A stretch of 64,000 nucleotides of DNA from a virus: positions 32,001 to 96,000 of IMG/VR virus record IMGVR_UViG_3300021961_000042. One strand, 5' to 3'. Below, in pieces: positions 42,014 to 50,495 of the stretch. The notes beneath the pieces are model-generated. The model was given only the letters and a program-made list of their open reading frames with translations. It was not told where the DNA came from and made no database searches. Each line of letters opens with the position of its first letter. The stretch's first letter is position 1. The translations under genes were made by a program, and so were the position numbers.

Positions 42014-42042
42014 TTGACATTTTAATCAAATTTGACTATATT
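42014..42042 (+). promoter_or_regulatory. sigma70-like promoter TTGACA-N17-TATATT upstream of the SbcD-like gene
   Basis: Read directly from sequence. Confidence 0.6.
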
Positions 42043-42048
42043 TAGTCT

Positions 42049-42828
42049 ATGATTAAAAAACTTGTACACTTTTCTGATTTACACATCAGATTATTTAAAG
42101 ACCACGACCTTTACCGGTCAATACTTGAAGACGCTATTAATCAATGGAAAGAAATTAAACCTGATAGAATTGTTTTTACCGGTGACCTTGTACATTCTAA
42201 AAATCAAATGACACCTGAACTTATTGAAATGGTAAGTTGGATATTAAAAGAATGTTCAAATATTGCAAAAACAATTATAATTCCTGGTAACCACGACGCT
42301 AATTTAAGAAATGAAGATAGATTAGATAGTATTACACCAATTGTAGATTCATTAAATAATGAAAATATTTTTTATCATAAAAATCGTGGGATATACGAGG
42401 ATGAAAATGTTAGTTGGTGTGTATTTTCACAATTTCAAGGAAACATTCCACCAGATTTAAATGTTGCAACCGGAATTAAAGTTGGTTTATTTCACGGACC
42501 AATTCAAGGAATGAAAACAGATTTAGGTTTTGATTTTGGTGAAGAAGCTTATGATGTTGAAAAGTTTAACGGACTTGATATTGTATTATGTGGCGATATC
42601 CATAAAAGACAAGAATTTAAGTTCAAAACCGGAAAAGGATATATGATTGGATCACCAATCCAACAGAATATTGGTGAAAGTATTAGAAATCATGGTTTCG
42701 GGATTTATGATTTGGAAAGAAATGAATATAAATATATTGATTTACATAATCCAAGACCCTTCTTAAAATTTTCAATAAAATCGTTTGAGGATATTGAAAA
42801 CGGAACAGAAAAATTATTAAATATTTAA
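42049..42828 (+). CDS. sbcD: SbcD/Mre11-like metallophosphoesterase nuclease
   Basis: SDLH, TGDLVH, PGNHD, LFHG, CGDIHKRQ, GSPIQQNIGE. Confidence 0.85.
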   Translation: MIKKLVHFSDLHIRLFKDHDLYRSILEDAINQWKEIKPDRIVFTGDLVHSKNQMTPELIEMVSWILKECSNIAKTIIIPGNHDANLRNEDRLDSITPIVDSLNNENIFYHKNRGIYEDENVSWCVFSQFQGNIPPDLNVATGIKVGLFHGPIQGMKTDLGFDFGEEAYDVEKFNGLDIVLCGDIHKRQEFKFKTGKGYMIGSPIQQNIGESIRNHGFGIYDLERNEYKYIDLHNPRPFLKFSIKSFEDIENGTEKLLNI

Positions 42829-42875
42829 TTACTATTATTCACACTTTTTAATTTATTGAGATATTTATATTATAT

Positions 42876-43037
42876 ATGGGAAGATTGAAAATAAAAGATG
42901 AAGATAAAAAAACTAAAGTGTCTGTTGCACTTGATCCTGAATTATTAAAATTTTATCGGTCATTACATATTAATTTATCTTCTTTGGTAAATAAACTTCT
43001 TAAAGATTATAAAGATGAAAGATACAAAAACTTGTAA
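42876..43037 (+). CDS. 53-aa ribbon-helix-helix-like protein (absent from ORF track)
   Basis: MGRLKIKDEDKKTKVSVALDPELLKFYRSLHINLSSLVNKLLKDYKDERYKNL: alternating beta strand then two helices; TATTTAT at 42862. Confidence 0.7.
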   Translation: MGRLKIKDEDKKTKVSVALDPELLKFYRSLHINLSSLVNKLLKDYKDERYKNL

Positions 43038-43641
43038 TGTTTGTTTTATTGAAAAAGAAATAATTGACTTCCATATTAGGAAAGATTCAAAAGACGGTCT
43101 TAGAAATGAATGTAAAGTTTGTACCAGAATTAAAATTAACAAATATCGTAAAACAAATAAAGAAAAAACTAATAAGTGGAATAGGGAAACTTATTACAGA
43201 AATATTGAAAAACATAAAGAAACAAAGAAAAAATATAGAGAAAATAATACAGAAAAACAAAAAATAAGAATTAAAAAATGGAAAGAAAATAATGAAGAAA
43301 AAGTAAAAAATTATGCTAAAGAAAGAAAAAAGTATGATATCGTATTCAAAATTAGGTGTAATGTTAGAAGTAGGGTTAAAAATTTTCTGAAAAGTAAAAA
43401 TATAATCAAAAAAAACAAAACTTTTGAAATTGTTGGGTGTGAACCAATAAAATTAAAAGAACATATTGAAAAACAATTTAAAGACGGAATGAATTGGGAA
43501 AATTATGGATTAAATGGTTGGCACATAGATCATATAATTCCGCTAGTAAGTGGTAAAACTGAAGATAAAATTTATAAGTTATGTCATTTTACAAATTTAC
43601 AACCACTTTGGTGGTATGAAAATTTAGAAAAAAGATATTGA
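43015..43641 (+). CDS. HNH-family (homing-type) endonuclease
   Basis: CNVC...CKVC, basic helical linker, MNWENYG...WHIDHIIPL...LCHFTNLQPLW. Confidence 0.85.
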   Translation: MKDTKTCNVCFIEKEIIDFHIRKDSKDGLRNECKVCTRIKINKYRKTNKEKTNKWNRETYYRNIEKHKETKKKYRENNTEKQKIRIKKWKENNEEKVKNYAKERKKYDIVFKIRCNVRSRVKNFLKSKNIIKKNKTFEIVGCEPIKLKEHIEKQFKDGMNWENYGLNGWHIDHIIPLVSGKTEDKIYKLCHFTNLQPLWWYENLEKRY

Positions 43642-43643
43642 AA

Positions 43644-44366
43644 ATGGAACAGAAGTACTCAGAAATCTTTGATAAAAAGATAATGCAGGCGGTGTCTGCA
43701 TATTGTAAACTCAATAGTATTGAAGATATTAATGGGTTTATTAAAAAATGTTTTGAATCGGGATTTAATATAGAAAAATACGGGCTTTTAGGAAAAACAC
43801 TTAATGGAGATGAAAAAGACTTAAAAACAAGTAATGTTGAAGAAAAACAGTTAATAAAGGAAGTTATTGTCGAGAAAAGAGTGGAAGTACCGGTTGAAGT
43901 TATTAAGGAGGTTGAGAAAATTGTTGAAGTGGTAAAAGAAATTGTTGTTGAAAAAGAAGTAATTAAAGAGGTACCTGTTGAGGTAGTTAAAGAAGTTGAA
44001 AAAGTAGTTACAATAACTAATAATAAGGAATTAGAAGAAAAAATTTTCCATTTAAACCAACAAATTGAGTCAGAAAGCAAAATTTTTTCCACTAAGACAC
44101 AAGAAATGGAAAATAATTTCCAAAAAGAAATGTCTAAAAAAGATGAAGAATTAGCTAAACTTAGACAAACTTTAGACGTTTCAGTAGACGATAATAAGGT
44201 AAAAATGCTTCAACAAACCATTCAAAACCTTAATACTGAAATAAGAGAATTAAAAAAGAAAAACGAAGAATTAAATAAAAAACTGTTAGAACAACCAAAA
44301 CAACTTGGCGATATTCCCGCCAAGTTTCATGGAAGTTCTAACCTAAACGATGATTTATACAAATAA
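43644..44366 (+). CDS. coiled-coil protein with VEVPVEVIKEVEK repeats
   Basis: Val/Glu/Lys/Pro repeat followed by heptads. Confidence 0.75.
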   Translation: MEQKYSEIFDKKIMQAVSAYCKLNSIEDINGFIKKCFESGFNIEKYGLLGKTLNGDEKDLKTSNVEEKQLIKEVIVEKRVEVPVEVIKEVEKIVEVVKEIVVEKEVIKEVPVEVVKEVEKVVTITNNKELEEKIFHLNQQIESESKIFSTKTQEMENNFQKEMSKKDEELAKLRQTLDVSVDDNKVKMLQQTIQNLNTEIRELKKKNEELNKKLLEQPKQLGDIPAKFHGSSNLNDDLYK

Positions 44367-44367
44367 T

Positions 44368-44718
44368 ATGAATTTAGTAATTTGGGCAATGGTTGCCTAC
44401 GGAATGACAAACATTTTGGTCTATGGATCAATATTTAACGGATTAAGACAATCCATACATAATTGGGGTAATAATCCTTTATCCCTATTTAACTTTTTAG
44501 GTCAGTTTTTATCTGGTCTTATATCATGCGTTTTATGTACATCAACATGGGTCGGATTTTTTCTATCTCTAGTTTATTTTTCACCAAATGTAGAATTAGT
44601 TGGACTTAATAAAATTTTATCAGTATTTTTTGATGGTATGTTGTCTGCTGGTTTTGTGTGGTCAATAAACGCAATAATAGAATGGTTTGAAGAAAATAGA
44701 CCAAGTAATAAGAACTAA
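44368..44718 (+). CDS. small membrane protein (DUF1360-like, possible holin)
   Basis: Three hydrophobic segments; LISCVLCTSTWVG. Confidence 0.55.
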   Translation: MNLVIWAMVAYGMTNILVYGSIFNGLRQSIHNWGNNPLSLFNFLGQFLSGLISCVLCTSTWVGFFLSLVYFSPNVELVGLNKILSVFFDGMLSAGFVWSINAIIEWFEENRPSNKN

Positions 44719-44760
44719 TAACAAGTAATAACAAGTAATAATAACTAATAATAACTAATA
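44701..44760 (+). repeat. six tandem 10-bp repeats
   Basis: ccaagtaata agaactaata acaagtaata acaagtaata ataactaata ataactaata. Confidence 0.9.
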
Positions 44761-45006
44761 ATGGGTAAAGCGGCTAAAGCACACAGAAAAAAAGTAGCAA
44801 AAAGAAATGCTAATTTGAAACAAACAGAAAAAAGAATGCAAAAACTTTGGCAAGAGGCGTTTGAAGAACAAATGAACGCGATGAAAGAGAAGTTCGCTGC
44901 GATGTCAGGTGAAACAATGTCAGGTTTAACCGAATCAATTGAAAATGAGACAGAAGAAACAATACAAGAAGAATCCGAACCAACTGAACCTGTTTCAGGA
45001 GAGTAA
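44761..45006 (+). CDS. small protein with basic N-terminus and acidic C-terminus
   Basis: ORF track. Confidence 0.7.
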   Translation: MGKAAKAHRKKVAKRNANLKQTEKRMQKLWQEAFEEQMNAMKEKFAAMSGETMSGLTESIENETEETIQEESEPTEPVSGE

Positions 45007-45025
45007 ACTATTCAATTATAATATA

Positions 45026-47359
45026 ATGACTAAAGACATTGATTTTTCAAAATATGATAATCCCACTATTCAAGTGGTGTGGGAAGACTATAATGAAAAC
45101 TTTACACAAGACAAAATTAAAAGTGTTAAACATTACTTTCAAAAAAAGTATAACACAACAAATGTTAATGTCATAACAAAGGCGAAAGTAGAAAAAGAAG
45201 AGGGTGAGCAAACTGTAGATGTGTCTGTGAATATCATGGACACAAACTACCAAATTGAACTACTTAGACAGTTTTTAACAAGTAAAAATTATGACAAACA
45301 CTTGGATGATATTTTAAATCATAATAAGATGGTTGAAAATAAAATGCAAGAAACTGAAACAGAAACTGCGGTATTTAAAAAGTGGTTCATTAAAAATATT
45401 GAGTTTTCAAACTTCTTATCTTACGGAGAAAATCAGAAAGTTGATTTTGAAAAAACAGGAGGACTTACAGTAATTGAATCAAACCCACCAAACTTTGGAG
45501 GTAAAACCGTACTGTCTGTTGATCTTCTATTATTTTTATTCTTTAATGAGACAACAAAAACAACAAAAGCTGAAGAAATATTTAATAGGTTTACTGATAA
45601 AGATAAAGTAACAGTAAAGGGTGAAATTGTTATTGATGGTGAAGAATATATCATTGTAAGAAACATTGAAAGAAAGATGTCTAAAAAAGGTGAATGGAAT
45701 GTAAAAACTGAATTAGATTTTTTTAAAAAACTATCTGACGGTACACTTCAAAACTTTACAGGTGAGCAAAGAAGAGAGACTGAAAAATTCATTAAAGAAT
45801 CTATAGGAACAAAAGAAGATTTCTTAATGACAATTCTTACAACCGCAACAAACCTTGAAGAACTAATTGATTCAAAACCAACCGCAAGAGGTCAGGTACT
45901 TTCAAGGTTTATGGGTCTTGATTTCTTGAGAAGAAAAGAAGATGTTGCAAAATCAATATACTCTGACTTTTCAAAATCCATGTTATCAAACATTTATAAC
46001 ACGGAACAGTTGAAAACCGATAATGAAAATAGTGAAACAAAAATAACAGAGTTAAATACCAATATTGAGAGTTATAGACTTGAGTTAATTAATATTGATT
46101 CAAACTTAACAAAAGGTAGACAATATCGTGATGACATGCTAAGAAAAAAACATACAGATATTGATGTTGAATTAAGTAGATTGAACCCAAGTCAAGTTAA
46201 ACAAGAAATTGAAGGTCACGAGTCTCAAATTGAACAAACAAAGTTAAAATTAAATGAACTTAACGTTGTTGAACCAAAAGAGTACTACAAAGAAGATGAA
46301 CACGATAAGGTAAAAGAAGAATACAAGATTGTGTTTAAAGAAAAGATTGAACTTGATACTAAAATATCAGAAATTGAAAAATTAGCAAGTTCTGTTAGTG
46401 GTGGTATTAAATGCGAACACTGTGGAATTGATTTGATGAATGCTAGTATTACCCAACAAAAAATATCTGAACTTGATGGTTATATTAGTCAAAAAGAGGA
46501 AAAAGAGGGGTTAATGACTATTTTAACAAGCAAAGAAAAAGAATTTGTTGAAACAAAAAGACTATTTGATGAGTATGAAAAAAACAAACTCATTAAAGAA
46601 AAATATGAAGCAACGATTGAAAATTACGAGTTAAAAATTAATGGACTTCAAACAAAATTGACTGAATACGATAAGATGTTGGATAAGATCAAAGAAAATG
46701 AGCATATTGATTCAATGTTAATTAAGGCTAATTTGAGGTTGGAAGATCTTGATAGACAAAAGACACAAAAACAAAATCAGATTAATAGTGACGAGTACTC
46801 AATTAAAACACTACAAGAAAAAATTAAAACAAACTTAAATAACATTATTAAAATTTCTGAAGAAGAAGAAAAAGAAAAAATATATAAAATATACTTGGAG
46901 GCCTACGGTAAAAATGGTATTTCTAAAATCATAATGAAAACAATGATCCCGCTTATTAATTCAGAACTACAAAGATTGATGGAAGAAAGTGCTTACTTTA
47001 AACTTCAAATCCAAATTAATGATAAAAATGAGGTTGAATTTAGTATGATTGATAATGGTACCGGTGTTGAAAAGTTAATGTCTTCTGGAAGCGGATATGA
47101 ACGTACAATTGCATCACTTGCTTTACGTTCAGTACTGAGTAAGATATGTAGTTTACCAAAACCAAACTTAATCGTTTTTGATGAGGTGTTTGGTAAAATT
47201 TCAAATGAAAACTTAGAAATGGTCCATAATTTCTTCATGGGGATCAAAGACTTCTTTCCGACCATTTTACTAATAAGCCACAACCCAATTGTCAATGCCT
47301 GGAGTGATAACACAATAAGAATTTCAAAAGAAGATAATATTTCAAAAGTTTTTCAATAA
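45026..47359 (+). CDS. sbcC: SbcC/Rad50-like ATPase with ~120-aa N-terminal extension
   Basis: FSNFLSYGE, atypical Walker A SNPPNFGGKT, Zn hook CEHCG, signature GSGYE, Walker B VFDEVFG, LISH. Confidence 0.88.
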   Translation: MTKDIDFSKYDNPTIQVVWEDYNENFTQDKIKSVKHYFQKKYNTTNVNVITKAKVEKEEGEQTVDVSVNIMDTNYQIELLRQFLTSKNYDKHLDDILNHNKMVENKMQETETETAVFKKWFIKNIEFSNFLSYGENQKVDFEKTGGLTVIESNPPNFGGKTVLSVDLLLFLFFNETTKTTKAEEIFNRFTDKDKVTVKGEIVIDGEEYIIVRNIERKMSKKGEWNVKTELDFFKKLSDGTLQNFTGEQRRETEKFIKESIGTKEDFLMTILTTATNLEELIDSKPTARGQVLSRFMGLDFLRRKEDVAKSIYSDFSKSMLSNIYNTEQLKTDNENSETKITELNTNIESYRLELINIDSNLTKGRQYRDDMLRKKHTDIDVELSRLNPSQVKQEIEGHESQIEQTKLKLNELNVVEPKEYYKEDEHDKVKEEYKIVFKEKIELDTKISEIEKLASSVSGGIKCEHCGIDLMNASITQQKISELDGYISQKEEKEGLMTILTSKEKEFVETKRLFDEYEKNKLIKEKYEATIENYELKINGLQTKLTEYDKMLDKIKENEHIDSMLIKANLRLEDLDRQKTQKQNQINSDEYSIKTLQEKIKTNLNNIIKISEEEEKEKIYKIYLEAYGKNGISKIIMKTMIPLINSELQRLMEESAYFKLQIQINDKNEVEFSMIDNGTGVEKLMSSGSGYERTIASLALRSVLSKICSLPKPNLIVFDEVFGKISNENLEMVHNFFMGIKDFFPTILLISHNPIVNAWSDNTIRISKEDNISKVFQ

Positions 47360-47433
47360 TATTTATTTTAAATAACATGCTAAGAATATCAAAAAAAATA
47401 TATAACTTTGTACTATATATAAAAAGTAAATTA

Positions 47434-48015
47434 ATGAGAAAAAGACAACCAAAACAAGATCCCTCTTATATGTTATTTATTTTTGGAGATTTTGACGAAC
47501 AAGAAAACTTGGCAACAAATTTGTCGTCTCAGTTATTGACAGTCGTATCTTCACCATTTTTAAAATTTACATATGGTGAGTACGGAGTCGTTTTTCATTT
47601 TAGAAGTAAAGAAGTTTTTTCTGACCTAAAAGAGTATATCGATATGGGTATGTCAGAAATCACCGAACAATACTTTTTAATGGAAGTAACTAAGAACATG
47701 GACATAAAAATGCCAAGAAAACTAAAGAAAGATTTTTTGAATATTGACGGAGAAGAAAAAAAGAAAGAAACAAAAACAGGAGAAATAAATGTAGAAAGTA
47801 AATTAAAAGAAAGAAGAGAAGAATTAAGAAATTTTACGTTTGAGTTTTTAATGCCAACGGACTTTAATCAAATGGTTCAAAAGAACGAACCGGATTACTT
47901 ACCAACGGTAGATGAAATATTAGACAAAATATCAGAGAATGGAATTGAATCATTAACAGAGAAAGAAAAAGAGATTTTAGACAATTATGGAAAGAGAAAA
48001 GATGGAGGACATTAA
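47434..48015 (+). CDS. hypothetical protein with C-terminal DUF6576-like helical motif
   Basis: VDEILDKISENGIESLTEKEKEILD. Confidence 0.65.
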   Translation: MRKRQPKQDPSYMLFIFGDFDEQENLATNLSSQLLTVVSSPFLKFTYGEYGVVFHFRSKEVFSDLKEYIDMGMSEITEQYFLMEVTKNMDIKMPRKLKKDFLNIDGEEKKKETKTGEINVESKLKERREELRNFTFEFLMPTDFNQMVQKNEPDYLPTVDEILDKISENGIESLTEKEKEILDNYGKRKDGGH

Positions 48016-48802
48016 GTCGTCAAACCCTTTGAATCAAGATGAGATTCAAATTTATTTAAAAGACATTAGAAAATTGAAGGTGATGACACCTGATAGAGAA
48101 AAGTATTTAGCTGAACGTATAATGTCTAGTGACTGTACGGAAAGAGAAAAAGAACAAATACAAAAAGAAATGTTGGAAGGTAATTTACGTTTTGTAATTA
48201 CTGTGGCGAAACAGTATCAAAATCAAGGAATTGATTTATCAGATTTAATTGCTGAAGGTAACTTTGGATTGATGAAAGCAATTAAAAACTTCGATTGGAG
48301 CAAAAACAACCGTTTTATTTCATATGCGGTATGGTGGATTAAACAATCAATCCTTCAATCCCTCAATGAAAATTCACGAACTATAAGACTTCCGGTTAAT
48401 GTTGTTCAAGATATGCAAAAAGAGAAGAAAGAAAATGAAAAAACAAATAAAGATCTTTCCGAAAAGTTTGCAACACTTCCAAGAATGATTGATCTTGATA
48501 TGCATATTAATGAAGATGGAGATACCCTTATAGATATCATTAAAAACGATAACGTAGAATCACCAGATGAGATATTTTCAACTAAAGATCTTCTGAAAGA
48601 AAAAATGATGAAAATTATGAGTGTATTAGACATTAGAGAAAGAACTATAGTTGAAGATTACTACGGAATAACCGGCACACCAAGAACATTAGAAGATATT
48701 GGGACAGACTTTGGACTTACAAAAGAAAGGGTTAGACAAATTAAAGAAAAGGCTCTTCGTAAGTTAAGAAATGAATGTTCAGATTTATTTGAATATTTAT
48801 GA
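47987..48802 (+). CDS. RNA polymerase sigma-70 family factor (RpoD-like, lacking region 1.1)
   Basis: NLRFVITVAKQYQNQG, DLIAEGNFGL, RFISYAVWWIKQSI, RTIRLPVN, TLEDIG...LTKERVRQIKEKALRKLR. Confidence 0.95.
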   Translation: MEREKMEDIKSSNPLNQDEIQIYLKDIRKLKVMTPDREKYLAERIMSSDCTEREKEQIQKEMLEGNLRFVITVAKQYQNQGIDLSDLIAEGNFGLMKAIKNFDWSKNNRFISYAVWWIKQSILQSLNENSRTIRLPVNVVQDMQKEKKENEKTNKDLSEKFATLPRMIDLDMHINEDGDTLIDIIKNDNVESPDEIFSTKDLLKEKMMKIMSVLDIRERTIVEDYYGITGTPRTLEDIGTDFGLTKERVRQIKEKALRKLRNECSDLFEYL

Positions 48803-48809
48803 TAAAAAG

Positions 48810-48841
48810 TTTGGTAGATTAAAAAAAACTACATATCTTTG
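48810..48841 (+). promoter_or_regulatory. Bacteroidota-type promoter TTTG-N20-TATCTTTG
   Basis: Matches the -33 TTTG / -7 TAnnTTTG consensus; no ORF follows on this strand. Confidence 0.7.
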
Positions 48842-48845
48842 TATT

Positions 48846-48915
48846 AACAAAAAAAAGTTCTTCTTGTCAGAATACATTAAGAACAACCACAGTCAGAATA
48901 CTGTGGTTTTTTTTT
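48846..48915 (+). ncRNA. candidate small RNA with two hairpins carrying identical CAGAAU loops
   Basis: Hairpin 1 at 48857-48884, hairpin 2 at 48885-48908 (perfect 9-bp stem) followed by a T tract; own promoter. Confidence 0.55.
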
Positions 48916-49309
48916 AAACGAAAATTTGGAGTTGTCCTTTACTTACGGTAAACCCTTCTTTTTTCATTACTGTTATTATTATCAAATCCCAGTGATTTAT
49001 ATAATTTTTTTTTGGCTCAATAACTATATTAAGTTGATCTCCTTTTAACCTACTTACAATAAATCTTTTACCATTTCTGATTTTACCTTCAATAATGTTA
49101 TAAACTATATCATCTTTTGCGTCCTCTAATAATTTTACAATATTTAAATCGTAAATTTTATTTCCCGATCCATGTCTCCATTTTCTGTCATTGGTATGAC
49201 CCCATTCATCGTGGTAAAGATCAAAATCAAAAGTCACATCATTACTAATTTCATGAAATTTTTGTTCTTGTAATAAAGTTTTTTTAATTATGTTATTTAA
49301 ACCTATCAT
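48914..49309 (-). CDS. hypothetical protein with leader, possible RelE/DUF4258-like RNase fold
   Basis: GHTNDRKWRH near the N-terminus and LIIITVM near the C-terminus; TATTTAT on the minus strand at 49314-49320. Confidence 0.55.
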   Translation of the reverse strand: MIGLNNIIKKTLLQEQKFHEISNDVTFDFDLYHDEWGHTNDRKWRHGSGNKIYDLNIVKLLEDAKDDIVYNIIEGKIRNGKRFIVSRLKGDQLNIVIEPKKNYINHWDLIIITVMKKEGFTVSKGQLQIFV

Positions 49310-49364
49310 CTTAATAAATATGATATTCTTTATTATAAGTATTTATTAACTATAATAATATAAT

Positions 49365-50495
49365 ATGAAAGAAAAGTTTTTACCTTGGTTTTTGTTATTT
49401 TGTGCTCTTGGGTTATCAGGAACTGCGGCATACTATAGTGTTGTTGGTTTAGCCGTTGTTTTTGCGGGTGTTGCAATTCCGGTAATAATCATGGGCGCAT
49501 TTTTAGAGATATCTAAAATCGCAATTGCAACTTATTTACATGACAAATGGAAAGAAACATACGGAGTTTTAAAGATATATATGACAATTGCATTAGTTAC
49601 GTTGTCAATAATAACCTCTTTAGGTATATATGGATTGTTAAGTACGGGATTTCAAGAAAATATTGCAAAACTTGAAATAGGAGAGAAACAAGTAAAAAAT
49701 GTCGAAGTAAAAAAGAAAAGATTTGAAGACATTAAAACTGAACTAACAAAAGAAAAAACAATACTTGACGGCGACATAACAAAATTAAGAGACGGACTTT
49801 CAAATAATACAACCACCCAAACTGTCGATAGAAGAACAGGTCAGATAATTACAAGAGCAAATAATGCAAATAGAAAAACATTTGAAAATCAACTAAAAGA
49901 AGCACAAGTTAGAAGAGATACAATATCTAAAAAAATAGATGCATTTAATGACAGTATAACAAAGTTAAATGTAGACATACTGAATATGGAGTCCAAAGAA
50001 ATTGGTGGAGGAGAACTTGGAACTATTAAATATTTGAGTGAGTTATTAGGTTGGGACATTAAAAAAACTGCAAACTTTTTTATTCTAATTTTAATATTTG
50101 TTTTTGATCCATTAGCTATCACTTTAGTAATTGCAACAAATCAAGCATTTAAAAATACAAGAAAAGAAGAAACCATACAAGTACCGACTAACCACCGACC
50201 AAGTACCGACCAAGTAGAACCTGTAATTATTGAAAAGATAGTTGAGGTACCTGTTGAAGTTATTAAAGAAGTTGAAAAGGTTGTTGAGGTACCGGTAAAT
50301 AATAAAAAAAATATTACACCGATTGAAGAATTATTTGAAACCGAACAAATATTTGATTTACAGATGCAAAATCAAATAAAAGAAGAAGAGATTCAAAATA
50401 CCAAAATAAATAATGTACAAGTAGTTCAACAAGAACCTAAACGACTTTCTTATTCAAATAGAAATGGTGGATCTTTCAGAATTAACAGAGTTTAA
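49365..50495 (+). CDS. membrane protein with long coiled coil
   Basis: Three N-terminal hydrophobic segments, coiled coil, ILIFVFDPLAITLV, VEVPVEVIKEVEK repeat. Confidence 0.8.
   Translation: MKEKFLPWFLLFCALGLSGTAAYYSVVGLAVVFAGVAIPVIIMGAFLEISKIAIATYLHDKWKETYGVLKIYMTIALVTLSIITSLGIYGLLSTGFQENIAKLEIGEKQVKNVEVKKKRFEDIKTELTKEKTILDGDITKLRDGLSNNTTTQTVDRRTGQIITRANNANRKTFENQLKEAQVRRDTISKKIDAFNDSITKLNVDILNMESKEIGGGELGTIKYLSELLGWDIKKTANFFILILIFVFDPLAITLVIATNQAFKNTRKEETIQVPTNHRPSTDQVEPVIIEKIVEVPVEVIKEVEKVVEVPVNNKKNITPIEELFETEQIFDLQMQNQIKEEEIQNTKINNVQVVQQEPKRLSYSNRNGGSFRINRV
50178..50216 (+). repeat. 3.5 copies of an 11-bp repeat inside a CDS
   Basis: caagtaccgac taaccaccgac caagtaccgac caagta. Confidence 0.8.
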
